From Octopus sinensis (taxonomy: Eukaryota), in NCBI RefSeq assembly GCF_006345805.1, contig NC_042997.1:201500001-201564000 (forward strand): a stretch of DNA of 64,000 nt. Reading direction: 5' to 3'. This document shows positions 23,684 through 37,702 of the stretch, one piece after another. A program made the translations under genes and the position numbers. The notes below the pieces were generated by a model. It was not told the origin of the DNA, searched no databases, and worked only from the letters and a program-made list of their open reading frames with translations. Position 1 is the first letter of the stretch. Every line of letters starts with the position of its first letter.

Positions 23684-24228
23684 CGTCGTCATTAATTGTG
23701 GCTATATATGCTAAGCACATACAATGCTAGTAATAAGAGCTAAACCACTTATAAATGCGTAAAAGCATGTTTATAAATACTGACAGGGTAGATAACTGCC
23801 CCGTGGACGAAGCAAACCTAGAAGACTAGACTACACAGTTTCACTGAAAATGGAATTGGGTATACTTCATCTATAGTATCGGCAAATCATCTGGTCACAT
23901 GATCATACCTAATCAAACTACTGTAATGCCAGGCTCATAAAATCTTATTAATAGTCTATACCAACAACACACCTGTCAGGTACTAATTTTGACCCAGCTA
24001 CAATGGGTTAGAGTGCAAAGCTGACAAAACTTTTCAAATGTTTCCATATTTTTTGTTCACTTCTATGTAAAGAAAGAAAATAACCTTTTCAGGTACTCTG
24101 TGCAAAACCGTTTAAAATGTTGCACAGTATAGCAATTAGTTTACCTTTGATATGGTACAGGTAAATGGGATGTTATTATCATTGATCATCGAAAGCCTGC
24201 CTATCTGGAAACCGATTTGTTAACAATA

Positions 24229-24463
24229 CCTATTTCTTTATTGCCCATAAGGGGCTACACACAGAGGGGGCAAACAAGGACAGACAAACGGATTAAGTAG
24301 ATTATATCGACCCCAGGGCATAACTGGTACTTATTTAATCAAGCCCGAAAGGATGAAAGGCAAAGTTGTCCCCAGCACAATGTGAACTCAGAACGTAGTG
24401 GCAGACGAAATACCGCTAAGCATTTCGCCCCGTCGTGCTAACGATTCTGCCAGCTTGCCACCT
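24229..24463 (-). mobile_element. Meta-like SINE
   Basis: Full head, core and tail. Confidence 0.8.
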
Positions 24464-25014
24464 TGTTAACAATGCCACAACCATTTCTACACTGAGATCT
24501 CAACCTACAATCAACACACTGAGTATCTCATTTCTGATCCAAGCAAACAGAAAGACTGGAACCAGACGAAACATCCACTGGTCAGCTCGCTTTTATATGA
24601 TGTTTCATTCCTTGTAAAAGATTCTTTGTGTTATTTATAATTTTTGTTACTCTTATTGACCTTTATTGACTGCCTTCTTAGCAATTTAGAAAGGGGCCGA
24701 TGTAGTGCCTCCATTCAACTACTAACTGACATAATCATTTCACTGTTTAGTCATGCACGTTATTTTAACCAATTAAAAATTCATACTATCAGTGACTAAT
24801 GGTCTTAGAGCCATTTTTCTCAGTTCTTAAACAAGACACACGACTGGCTTTCCACAATGCACTCGACACCAAATAAATCATGCAGCTGGAACATTCCAGC
24901 TTCTTTCCACACTGAAATGAGAAAGCATGAACACAGAACAAGATTGATTCCCAACTGTTCCAAATCATAAATGCACATGAAGGTGAACGACAGTCTATTT
25001 ATCCAGGTTTTTTT

Positions 25015-25335
25015 TTTACTTGTATCAGTCATTTGACTGTGGCCATTCTGGAGCACCGCCTTTGGTTGAAGAAATCAAATCCACTCACAAGGCTTTGGTC
25101 AGCTTGAGGCTACAGTAGAAGACACTTGCCCAAGGTGCCACGCAGTGGAACTGAACCCAGAACCATGTGGCTGGTAAGCAAGTTACTTACCACGCAGCCA
25201 CTCCTGCTGTGTGTATATATACACATACACACACACACACATATACACATACACATATATACAAGATGGGCTTCCTTCAGTTTCCATTTACCAAATCCAC
25301 TCATAAAGTTTTGGCCGGCCTGAGATGCCATGCAG
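25015..25335 (-). mobile_element. CORE-like SINE fragments
   Basis: Internally deleted copy plus a partial second copy. Confidence 0.65.
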
Positions 25336-25403
<68 letters not shown>

Positions 25404-26659
25404 TTACACACACATGCACTTACACACACATGCACACACATATACACACACATCACCACACCACTTACACACACATGCACGCACACACACACACACACAC
25501 ACATGTATATGTATATGTACACATATAAAACCAGAAATATATGTTTGTTCATGCAATTATTATTTTATATGCAAGCAGCATTATAGACAACCAAAAAATT
25601 TATTCACCTTCAACAGCAAAAATCATGTTGAAGCATCCTCCAGTTTGATTGGAGCGATCTAAGCCAATCACCTTTTTTCCTTTTACTATGACTGCTGATA
25701 TACCAACAACAATGAAAAATGCTTAAAAAATTACATGGAACAGCAAAATACAAAAAGAAATTTGTGAATGAAATGAAGCCTGAAATCTTTGCATATTAAA
25801 ATCTATTTCATTGATATAGGCTTGCAAGCTATCGGAGTAGACAGACTGCCTTGGCCTACTTTTATACGTTCCAAAAACCACCAGCACCACTACCACCTCC
25901 ACCACCATTACCCTGCAGCCAGAAGTAAAACAGTAAAGCCACCAGTGCAAGAAATAATTCCATAGAAGTGTGATAGCATATGAGATTGTTCATAAACACA
26001 TAATCTTTTTTTTTTTAGTCTTGGCTGTCACACTTGGCATCTTTATTTTGTGAAGACTTCATTTGTAAAACAAATTGTTACATTTATGGAAGTTTGTTTA
26101 GTTTAATGTCCAATTATCTAGTGAGGAAATGGAAGGATTCCTAAGTGAGTTGGGAACTATTCTGATAACAACACAACCAATCCATATTATTGATCTGGTT
26201 ATTAATGTTCTGAAGGAAGAAAATGTTTTATTTCTTTGGCTTGGCTTCAAGAGATATTCAAGGTCAATAAGAATGCCCATAAAACACTCATGCTAATGTC
26301 AACCTCTTTGGCAAATTCTTCAGTTAATCAATGAATCTTGCAATCTTATGACTGATACTATGCTAATAATGTCTTTAAGGGAATACATGATCATCACCAC
26401 CACCACCACCACCATCATCATCATCGTCATTGTCGTTGATTTTGCTTTAACAGCCAATTCGCCATGCTTGCAAAGGTCGGACAGCATTTATCAAGGCAGA
26501 TTGTCTAAGGCTGGATGCCCTCCCTCTCACCAACCTTCACCTGTTTCCAAGCCAGACGCGATATTCCACCACTCAACCACTCTTGCCAAATATGTTCTTT
26601 GCAGATCGTTGGAAATGAACGATACTGCTTGAGTGACACTGAGAATCGTTTTACAACTA

Positions 26660-26727
<68 letters not shown>

Positions 26728-26964
26728 TTGCTCATGTCTGTTTTGGCATGGTTTCTATGGCTGGATTCCTTACTTAACTCCAACCACTTTACAGAGTGTA
26801 TTGGGTGCTTTTACACAGCACTGGCACAGGTGCTTTTTACGTGGCACCAGCACCTACGACCCTACAGGATTAGGGATTCTCAGCTGGAGAGGGTTGAAGG
26901 GGATGAGCCTGTATGCAAGGGCAACCACGCTTTTACTTATATATATATATATATATATATATAT

Positions 26965-27257
26965 CATGTGACCAACCAGACCATCAGATGTTGCACACAT
27001 CACTGGTCACAATGCACTTTGCATTGTTTTAGCCTTCAAATGACACCACCCCGCTGGCTAAGCGAGCAGGCCAACAGAAGAAAGAGTGGGAGAAAGAGTG
27101 GTGAAAGAGTACAGCAGGGATCACCACCCCCTGCCGGAGCCTCGTGGAGCTTTTAGGTGTTTTCACTCAATAAACACTCACAACGCCCGGTCTGGGAATC
27201 GAAACCGTGATCCTGCGACTGCGAGTCCGCTGCCCTAACCACTAGGCCATTGCGCCT

Positions 27258-27260
<3 letters not shown>
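26965..27260 (-). mobile_element. tRNA-derived SINE (third-family head, different tail)
   Basis: GGCGCAATGGCCTAGTGGTTAGGGCAGCGGACTCGC...GGTTTCGATTCCC head on minus. Confidence 0.75.
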
Positions 27261-27338
<78 letters not shown>

Positions 27339-27523
27339 AATATATATAAGTTATATATTATCTTCCCTTCTTCCTAGCTCTCCTGTGTGACCCCTCTGTC
27401 TGGCATTTGCCATGATAGACTTTCTCACTTCCCGAGCGTTAAACTAATACATCTGCTTGTTTTTTACACATCTGTCTTCATCTTTTTTTTTTTGTGAATT
27501 CTCACTATATGCATATATGTATA

Positions 27524-28766
27524 TGAGGGGTGTTCATTGAAGATTTCCCCTGACCCACTTCTGGCTATTGCAGGAATCGAAACTAGTACAGGTATAATTA
27601 TAAATGTTTCTTCATGTTTCATTGTAAATTGCAACTTTCCACTCGTATTCATTTGTATTTTACAGATGTTGAAATGACCTAAAGTGTTATAATGGAGGCA
27701 GTTGAATGCAGATCAGTGATCAGGTTCTTATACTTGAAATGAATTTATGATGACGATGCACCATCATATGCCATAATCAGGCACTGGCATCGCCAGTTCA
27801 AATGTGGTTGGACATTAGTGGAAACCACTGCTATTCCTGGATGACGACATTCCACCATTGATGATCACACCATCCAAAAAGTGGAAGCTGCCATTCTGGA
27901 GGATTGCTGCATAACTATTCAACAACCAGCCCATGAAGCGATGATAAGTGTAGGGTTCGTGGGAAACATCATTCAAGACCATTTGCACATGTGGAAATTG
28001 TTTGTCCGATGGATTCCCCAGATGCTCACAACTTTTCAGAAGCAGGACTGAGGCAATTGCTCTCAGGCTCTTTTGACAATGTACCAAGAAAACAAGGAGG
28101 ATTTTTTTGGCAGACTTATCACACAGAATGAAACATGGGTCCATCAGAATAATGCTGAGACAAAAGTCCAGTGAAAGCAATGGAAGCATGATAATTCACC
28201 ACCTCCAAAGGCTCATGTCCAACCCTCAGCAGGCAAGGTGATGCTCACAGTCTTTTGGGACCAGTGCAGGGTAGTGATGATGGATTTTCTGGCAAAGGGT
28301 ACCACAATTAACAGGGCATATTATGCTTCTCTGCTGGAGAAATTGTAGGATGCCATCAAAGCAGAGAGGCGTGGCAAACTGACAAAGGAGTCCACCTCCT
28401 CCAAGATAACACCCCAGTTCACAATGCACATGAAGCCCAGGTGAAAGCACACTCCTGTGCCTATGAAATCCTTCCTCATCCCCCTTACTCTCCCAACTTC
28501 GCACCATCTGACTTCCACCTCTTTCCAACCATGAAGTCTTTTTTGAAGGGGAAACACTTTTGAATGATAATGAATTTATTTCTGAGGTAAAGTCTTGGCT
28601 CCAGATGCAACCTACTGACTCCTACAGATGAGGTCTTCACAGCTGCATAAAGTAATGGAAGAAGTGTGTTACCATTGGAGGTGGCTATGTAGAGATGGAC
28701 TAAGAATTATGCCAAGTCTTGTTTATCCCAATCCTTGGGAAGTGGGTCAGAGGAAATCTTTAATGA
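27524..28766 (+). mobile_element. Decayed mariner (irritans-like), near full length
   Basis: TIR TGAGGGGTGTTCATTGAAGATTTCCCCTGACCCACTT, inverted AAGTGGGTCAGAGGAAATCTT; transposase pieces (LITQNETWV, SAGKVMLTVFWD, HPPYSPNFAPSDFHLF) with stops. Confidence 0.9.
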
Positions 28767-28806
28767 TGTGTGTGAGTGTGTATGTGTGTCTGTGTGTGTA
28801 TATAAT

Positions 28807-29200
28807 AAACGGACATGACAGAAGTAAATAGACACCCCAGTAATCACTAAAATTCATTCAAATCTGAAATTATGTATTCAAATTATTTAATTGTTATAAT
28901 GTGAATATTTAGTAGATGTGCCCTTTACCTTTCTCAATGCAAGGACCCCATTAGGTATGTTACTGATTAGATGATGAATATTCTCTTGCGGAATTTCTTG
29001 CCAAGTTTCATGCAGTAATCTCAAAAGATCTGGCTTTAAAGATGCTTTCTTGTTCTTTTTATGAAGTGTCCTGTCCATTATGTCCCAGAGGTGTTCAATA
29101 GGGTTCATACCTGGTGACTAGCTTTGCCATGGAAGCTTTTTAATGCCATTCTCATCCAACAAATTTTGGGTCATTTTAACTGTGAGACAAAGAGTCTTTA
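28807..29200 (-). mobile_element. Tc1-like transposase 3' fragment
   Basis: SPGMNPIEHLW (SPDLNPIE motif) and C-terminal KGTSTKY. Confidence 0.75.
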
Positions 29201-30449
29201 ATCATTTCATCTCTGGAGAAGATTGGAAGGAGTCCTTTCTGCAATATGGACACATATTTATCTAAGTTTGTTTTTCTCACTCTCCACCAGCTCTGATCAC
29301 AACTTTCTCTCATTCTTTCCTCCTGCATCTAGCAGCTCACCTGCAACAGTCTGGTGTCCCATCCAGGTGAGGAATCTATACGCCAATGAGACCAGGAGAC
29401 CAGCCCTTCTGAGCCAGGCATATATTGATCTGTCTAACTTGCATGGCCTTAATCCAGCCCTGCTTAAAATATATACATTAAAAAATGCAGCCTATAGTCT
29501 ACATCATCATCATCATCATCATCATCGTCGTCGTTGTCGTGGTCATCATCATCATCATCATTGTCATCATCATCAAGGCAGCGAGCTGGCAGAATCCTTT
29601 GCACATCAGGACTAAATGCATAGCTGTATTTTGCTTTTCATCCTTCTGGAGTCGATGAAACAAGTACCAGTTATGCACTGGGGTTGATATAATCGACTAG
29701 CCCCATTCCCCCAAAATTTTCAAGGCCTTGTGCCTTGAGTGGAAAATATTATTATTCCTTGAATTGAAATGTCATGAAATGATTCTGGGATAATTTTTAA
29801 GCTCCACAAAAAAATCAATTTTTGAAAAATTAGATTTTTAATTTTGGAAAATATAAATTTTTTGTAAAATTACAATTGGGAAAATGAGAAAATAAGCTAT
29901 ATCCAAGAATAATGTCATGGAAAAATTTTCAACTTGACTCTAGATTTTTTAGTAAAAAAAATATTCAAAAGATTTCTACAAATTAAATTACGATGATAAT
30001 GTCTGGGAGGCCATAAAGGATGATTCCAAATAAATTACAGGAATTATTCTGAAATGATTCTTTCTTGGACATTGTTATAACTGACCATAACTGAGAATGT
30101 TGACAATTTCATGAGGTTATAACTAAAATTATTCATCCATCAGTTTATATTTAATTTCAAATAACTTAATTCATTATTTAGTGAATGTAATAATAATGAT
30201 AATGATGATGGTGGTGATGATGATCGTGGTGGTCTTGGTGGTGGTGGTGGTGGTTGTGGATTTGGTGGTGAAGTAACTAATTTACACTAACATACAGAGT
30301 ATATACATATGAAAACGAAATGATGCAGGGATATACATGCATTTATGTGTGTTTGTGTGTGTGTATGTATGCATGTATTTATGTGTACATGCATGAAGCA
30401 TAGCATATACTCATATATGTGTGTGTTTGTGAGTATGTATGTATGTATA

Positions 30450-30503
<54 letters not shown>

Positions 30504-30883
30504 GTAATAATAATAATAATAATTTGAGGGATTATTATTCCAAACTTACAGGGAAAAATTCAATTTAGAAATACTAAATCAAATTTCACAAAATATAATA
30601 TATATTTAAATTAGAAAAAAAACACCTTTTATCAATTCAATAATGAAAAATTAAATTACACCATTTAGAAAATTACATATAATTGAAATATTAAATATAA
30701 GATAAAAAATAATATACCAATGATTAAGTAATGTACAAAATAATAAATAAAACGTATATATTTGGTATATATTTTTTCTAATTTATATATATATATACAT
30801 ATATGTATATGTATGTATATATATCTATATATATATACATACATATATATATATATCTATATCTCTATCTATCTATCTATCTA

Positions 30884-30934
<51 letters not shown>

Positions 30935-30959
30935 TATATATATATGTATATATATATGT

Positions 30960-32290
30960 ATCATCATCATCATCATCATCATCGTTTAGCGTCCATTTTC
31001 CATGCTAGCATGGGTTGGACGGTTCTACTGGGGTCTGTGAAGCCAGAAGGCTTCATCAGGCCCAGTCAAATCTGGCAGTGTTCTTACGGCTGGATGCCCT
31101 TCCTTAACGCCAACCACTCCGTGAGTGTAGTGGGTGCTATTTATGTGCCACCGCACAGGTGCCAGACAGAGCTGGCAAACGGCACGAACGGATGGTGCTT
31201 TTTATGTGCCACCGGCACAAAGGCCAGGCGAGGCTGGCAACGGACACGAAACGGCGGGGGGCGGTGCTGGCAACGGTCGCGAAACGGAAGGTTCTCTTAC
31301 ATGCCACCGGCACTGGTAACAGATCTGCAATTTCCATTGATCGATTTCCATTCTGATCCTCACTTGCCTCAACGGGTCTTCACAAGTAGAGTTTCGACAT
31401 GCCACCGGCACTGGTAACACATCTGCAATTTCCATTGATCGATTTCCATTTCTGATCCTCACTTGCCTCAACGGGTCTTCACAAGTAAGAGTATCGACAT
31501 GCCACCGGCACTGGTAACACATCTGCAATTTCCATTGATCGATTTCGATTCTGATCCTCACTTGCCTCAACAGGTCTTCACAAGTAGAGTTTTGTGTCCC
31601 AAGAAGGGAAGGTATGCATACGTAGGCTGGCTCCATCCCAAGTAGAAGGCCACGGGTTATGGACTCACTTGTCCTGCCGGGTCTTCTCGCGCACAGCACA
31701 CTTCCATAGGACTCGGTCTCTAGTCATTTCCTCAGTGAGACCTAAAGTTCGAAGGTCGTGCTTCACCACCTAGTCCCAGGTTTTCCTGGGTCTGCCTCTT
31801 CCACAGGTTCCTTCAACTGCTAGGGTGTGGCACTTTTTCACACAACTATCTTCATCCATTCTCGCCACATGACCATACCAGCGCAATCGTCTCTCTTGCA
31901 CACCACAACTGATGCTTCTTAGGTCCAGCTTTTCTCTCAAGGTACTTACACTCTGTCAATTATGAACACTGACATTACACATCCATCGGAGCATACTGGC
32001 TTCATTTCTTGCGAGCTTACGCATATCCTCAGCAGTCACGGCCCATGTTTCACTGCCATGTAGCATGGCTGTTCGTACACACGCATCATACAGTCTGCCT
32101 TCACTCTGTGCGAGAGGCCTTTTGTCACCAGCAGGGGTAAGAGCTCTCTGAACTTTGCCCAAGCTATTCTTACTCTAGCAGTTACACTTTCAGCACACCG
32201 CCCCCGCTGCTGACTTGGTCACCTAGGTAACGGAAACTATCAACTATTTCTAGTTTTTCTCCCTGGAAAGTGACGGAGTTGGTCTCAGAG
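30960..32290 (-). mobile_element. 5'-truncated RTE LINE with long repeat-containing 3' UTR
   Basis: AMLHGSETWAV, RRLRWYGHV, GRGRPRKTW motifs; 3' UTR tandem units; (TGA)n tail. Confidence 0.85.
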
Positions 32291-32356
32291 CATTTAAATA
32301 TGTATATATATATGTATATATATATATATAGATATATATATATATTATGTATATAT

Positions 32357-32420
<64 letters not shown>

Positions 32421-32572
32421 ATGTGTATATATATGTAAGTACATAGTTTGTTTTTGAAGTGTTGAAATGTATTGTAGAACAAGTAGAAAGATATATTTTT
32501 CAACACATAAATACTGAACAGTATATTATATATAAAGGATGAAATCCTTTTAAGAGCAGAAAAATTTGCCAC

Positions 32573-32650
32573 CAACCAGCCATGAGGATTGAACTCACAT
32601 CCCTCCAATATCCAGATGGAGTGCTCTACTCTTTAAGCTAAGCTGCCAAC
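32573..32650 (-). pseudogene. tRNA-like relic or SINE head
   Basis: TAGCTTAAAGAGTAGAGC (A box), CTCCA/TGGAG stem, GAGTTCAATCC (B box); cloverleaf incomplete. Confidence 0.35.
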
Positions 32651-32777
32651 CAGCGAATTCTTCTGCAATTTTAGAAGTTATAATGTCATCCCAGAAACAC
32701 TAAATGTCATATAGATTAATTACGTCATATGTAAACAAACATATGTGTGTCTGTGTGTGTGTGTGTGTGTGTGTATG

Positions 32778-33017
32778 GTGGCACTTCATTGGTTGTATCG
32801 ATGAGGGTTCCAGCTGATCCGATCAACGGAACAACCTGCTCATGAAATTAACTTGCAAGTGGCTGAGCACTCCACAGACACGTGTACCTCCAACGTAGTT
32901 CTCAGGGAGATTCAGCATGACACAGAGTGAGAGAAAGTTGTAGTGAAAGGGTACAACAGGGTTTGCCACCACCTCCTGCTGGCGCCTTGTGGAGCTTTAG
33001 GTGTTTTCGCTCAATAA
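32778..33017 (-). mobile_element. Third-family SINE lacking its head
   Basis: Homologous to 15065-15435; ends abruptly at the minisatellite. Confidence 0.65.
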
Positions 33018-33605
33018 TGGAGTACCATTCTCTGATTATCTTTTACCATTGGATTACCGTTCTCAGATTATCTTACACCATTGGATTACCATTCTCAGAT
33101 TCTCTTACGCCATTAGATTACTATTCTCAGATTATCTTTTACCATTGGATTACCATTCTTAGATTATCTTACACCATTGGATTACCAGACTCAGATTTTC
33201 TTATGGCATTGGATTACCATTCTCAGATTATCTTTCACCAATGGATTACTATTCTCAGATTATCTTACACCACTCGATTACCATTCCCAGATTATCTTAC
33301 ACCCTTGGATCACCAGACTCAGATTTTCTTATGACATTGGATTACCATTCTGAGATTATCTTTCACCAATGGATTACTATTCTCAGATTATCTTACACCA
33401 CTCAATTACCATTCTCAGATTATCTTACACCACTAGATTACCATTCCCAGATTATCTTTTACCATTGGATTACCATTCTCAGATTATCTTTCACCAATGG
33501 ATTACTATTCTCAAATTATCTTACACCACTCGATTACCATTCCCTGATTATCTTTTACCATTGGATTAGCATTCTCAGATTATCTTACACCATTGGATTA
33601 CCATC
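33017..33605 (+). repeat. 32-bp minisatellite, about 18 copies
   Basis: Unit TTGGATTACCATTCTCAGATTATCTT(AC/TT)ACCA. Confidence 0.95.
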
Positions 33606-34079
33606 TTGGATTACATCACTGATTGGGATTTTCTACATTTGCTTGTTTTTATTTGTGTTTCTGCTTGTTATCACGGATTACACAAAAATCCAGCACAAAT
33701 ACCACAAGGTATTTGACCAATGCTCTAACAATTATGAAACTGCCTTACCAAACGAGCTCATGGGGGTCAATATAATCTATACCTTGTTGGCAGTGCCTTA
33801 GCATGACAGTTGGAGAAAGTTAAAACCAAACGGAATAAAAGAAAGACACACAAAGACTTTCTGCAAATCAATTCCTGGTTGAGTTAAGTCAGTAAGGAAT
33901 TATCGGAAATTATATTTGAATGTTTGCTCTAGAAATTATTTTTGTACATTTGCTTTCATGGTGAACTCGGAATAATTTCTTGTGAGTATATAATTTTAGT
34001 TTCTTCATGTCTGAGACATCTAGCATCAATGATAAAGCATTAGGCTATTTTCATTACATCTACATTTGTGCCTACCCGC

Positions 34080-34080
34080 C

Positions 34081-34111
<31 letters not shown>

Positions 34112-34334
34112 CCCCTCTCCCCCTCTCTCTCTTTCTCTCTCTCTCTCTTACTCTCTCTCTCTCTCTCTCTCACTCCCTCTCACTCTCTCTTTCTCTCTTT
34201 CTCTCTCTCTCACTCTCTCTCTCTCTTTCTCTCTCTCGCTCTCTCTTTTTCTCTCTGTCTCTCTTTCTCTTTCTCTTTCTCCCCCCTCTCTCTCTTCTGC
34301 ATCCACTCCTGCAATGTACCCAACAGCATGTCAT

Positions 34335-34398
<64 letters not shown>

Positions 34399-34400
34399 CT
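34080..34400. repeat. Long (CT)n-rich polypyrimidine tract
   Basis: Direct inspection. Confidence 0.95.
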
Positions 34401-36057
34401 CTTGTACTTATTCTGTTTTTCTCCTTCATCTTCCTCCTGTTTACTGTATCATCATTTCTATTCTGCTGCTCAGCACTGTCAGACATCCTCTACTCCACTT
34501 ACTTCCAGCACCTCTCTCCCACTCACTCCTACCACCCACATCATACCTCGAAAGTCCAATCTGACACACCTCATCACCTCACAACTTTTCCAATCATTTT
34601 CCAGCTCTTTCCTCACCCTCTCCTCCAAAATGTGAAAAACCACATAGCTTCTCTACAGCAAGAAACCTGTTCTGCTCTGGCCCTTTTCTCTCTCGTCATT
34701 CTTAGTTCTCCCAGCATAAAGTTACCCCATCCCTCCCCAGTGTTCATAGTTATACAAGCTTCACGGTGACCTCACTAGTGTTGGTGGAACTAAAAAAAAT
34801 CACCCAGTACACACTGTAAAGGGGTTGGTGTTAGGAAGGGCAACCAAACATAGAAATTATGCCGAAGCAGACCCTGGAGCATGATGCAGTCCTTGGACCC
34901 ATTGGGACTTGTCAAACTATCCAACCCATTTCAGTATGGAACATGGGCAGTAAATAATGATGAGGAGAAAGATCTCTGTGTTGGTATATGGCACTGAGTG
35001 TCACAGTGTGCCATACAGAATATCCCCATCCATTACAGTTCTTTGACATCTCATCTACATGTTCAAATCTTCCTTGTCTTTCATCTATTATAACCATCAA
35101 ATGCTTTCAATAAAACAGTGGCCCACAATGTGTTTGCAGTGCCAGTACTCATACCAACATTTGGGCCTCTTGATTTAATGCTTCACGAATTCTGAGCCAT
35201 TTATGTGGAAACCTGTAAAATACTAACAAGCAAAATAATTTCCACATAAACAGTGATGTAGACCTAAAGAGAAAAAGAAAAACCAAAATAATGGAATTGT
35301 CACAGCAGTAATGCTTTTGATCAACATGATAGCATCATAGGCCATTTCCATCAGTTCTAAGCTGGAGCGAAATAATATTAATCGCAGCTTTCTTTCTCAT
35401 GTATCAAAGTAGAGGGACCTCAGCATGGTCACTTAATCTGCTAGAAAAACAATCAAATCTGCCTCAAATCAATCACAGTTTACAATTTTTAAAAACTGGA
35501 AAAATACATTGGACAATGTGGTCCTAAATCATCATCATGGCACTCTGTCGGTTACGATGACAAGAGTTCCAGTTGATCCAACCAATGGAACAGCCTGCTC
35601 ATGAAATTAATGTGCAAGTGGTTGAGTGCTCCATAGACACGTGAACCCTTAAAGTAGTTCTTGGGGAGATTCAGTGTGACACAGAGTGTGACAAGGTTGT
35701 AATTTCTAACACAGTATAGCCATGAAAGCAGCAGAAAGATTGGTTATTAGCCATGGAACATGCATGCACATATGTACACAGATGCACACACACACATGCA
35801 CATACACACATGTGCACATACATATATGCACACACACACATGCACACACGCATGCGCACACACATGCTCACACATACACACACACACACTTACAGACATA
35901 CATGTATGGATGGATCTCAGTCAGTTTTAATGAAGAGTATTGAATTGGTTAATCGACTGAGTTACCTGCCCTTGAATTAATGCACACGTACCTGAGTACT
36001 CTATCAACACACGTGCTCTTAATGAAATTCTCAGGCAGAATCAGTATGACACATTTA

Positions 36058-36290
36058 AGGCCGCGAGCTGGCAGAAATGTCAGCACGCCAGGCGAAATGC
36101 TTAGCGATATTTCGTCTGCTGTTATGTTCTGAGTTCAAATTCTGCCAAGGTCAACTTTGTCTTTCATCCTTTCAAGATCAATAAATTAAGTACCAGTTAC
36201 GCACTGGGGTCGCTGTAATCATCTTAATCCCTTTGTCTGTCCTTGTTTGCCCCCTCTACATTTAGCCCCTTGTGGGCAATAGATAAGAAT
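36058..36290 (+). mobile_element. Meta-like SINE
   Basis: Full head, core and tail. Confidence 0.8.
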
Positions 36291-37096
36291 CAATATGACA
36301 CAATGCGTGACAAAGCTGTACCGTTGAATTGCAAATGCAATCCAGCTGGAGGGATTCTACACAGTTTCCATGTACACAATTTCATTTGATACAGTATGAG
36401 TTAAAATAACACTAAAAAGAAAAAAAAAACCATTTAAACCAAGATGCCACAGAAGGGGATTGAACTCTTGACCTCATACTTGCAAAGCAAACTTCTTAAC
36501 CATTCAGCCAACCGAACATGAGCATGCAGTCCTTTACTTATTCACGTGTTCCTCAAGTGCACATAACATTTACACTCAAATTTAACCTTACTTTGTGAAC
36601 TTAACACACAGATACATTGGACAAAATGTGCAACGCTTAAAAGATTAAACTAACAAAAATATCAATAAGAATCTTGCAGCAATTTAGTACAAAACTTGAA
36701 ATCAGTTATCTGTAAAATCTTCTAAGAGAGAGAGAGAGGAAATGGCAATTTGTCTTTGGAGAAGTAAAAATAGATTTAATCTCCTCAAAAGATTTTTAGT
36801 TTGCAATTTACTTGTTAGTTGTTTTAATAAGGGAGAACAAAGAAAAAGTCAGGGTTAAAATTAGCTAAGTGAGAATTTTGAAGCAAAATTAATTTTAATT
36901 CGGAACAATGTAAACTCATAGACAAAAGTAGAAAAATCAGGTTCTTTTGATCTGTATAAAGATCAATCTTAAGTTTTATGACTAGTCATTACTTACAGCA
37001 AAATTTCAACTTTTCAATTGCTATTTTTATTATATTTGTCTTACTGCATCAAAAACTGAAGAAATACATACATACATACATACATACATACATACA

Positions 37097-37128
<32 letters not shown>

Positions 37129-37581
37129 CAAACACACACACAGATATGCATGCATGTGTGTGTGTAAAAGATAATTATTGGATCTTGGAATAGATTTTAA
37201 AGATCATAGATATTTTAACTTGAGTAAAATAATTTTATGAGAAAAGCTCATGTGTTTTCATCCGTTAATTGAGATCATTTCACAATTCAAAGACATTTTG
37301 AGTAAATTATCTTTTAAAATAAGTATCTTGAAAATTCCAACTTCTGTTTGTTAAAGGTACACCTTAAATCTTTGATGTGTTCAGATTCTCTTCAGCAAAA
37401 AGGATTCCAAGGAATCTGGTTAAGAAGTTAAGAAGTTCACTTTCCGACGATGTGGATTTTGGGTTCAGCCCCAATGAGAGATAATTGAGTGTCTTCTGCT
37501 ATAGATACAGACCAACCAAAGTTTAGTAAAAGGATTTGGCCGGCAAAAAAGGAAGGTAGCTTGCATGTGCATGCACGTGCA

Positions 37582-37618
<37 letters not shown>

Positions 37619-37702
37619 AAACATGTGTGTGTTTGACCAATGCAACCTGGCTAAACTAGAAACCTCTATATAAGTATTACCCAAGCCAGAATTAGAATCC
37701 AA

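Noticed and set aside
32927-33801. 135-186 aa repetitive ORFs
   Set aside because: Read-through of a 32-bp unit that is not a multiple of three
34007-34769. Ser/Leu-rich ORFs
   Set aside because: (CT)n microsatellite
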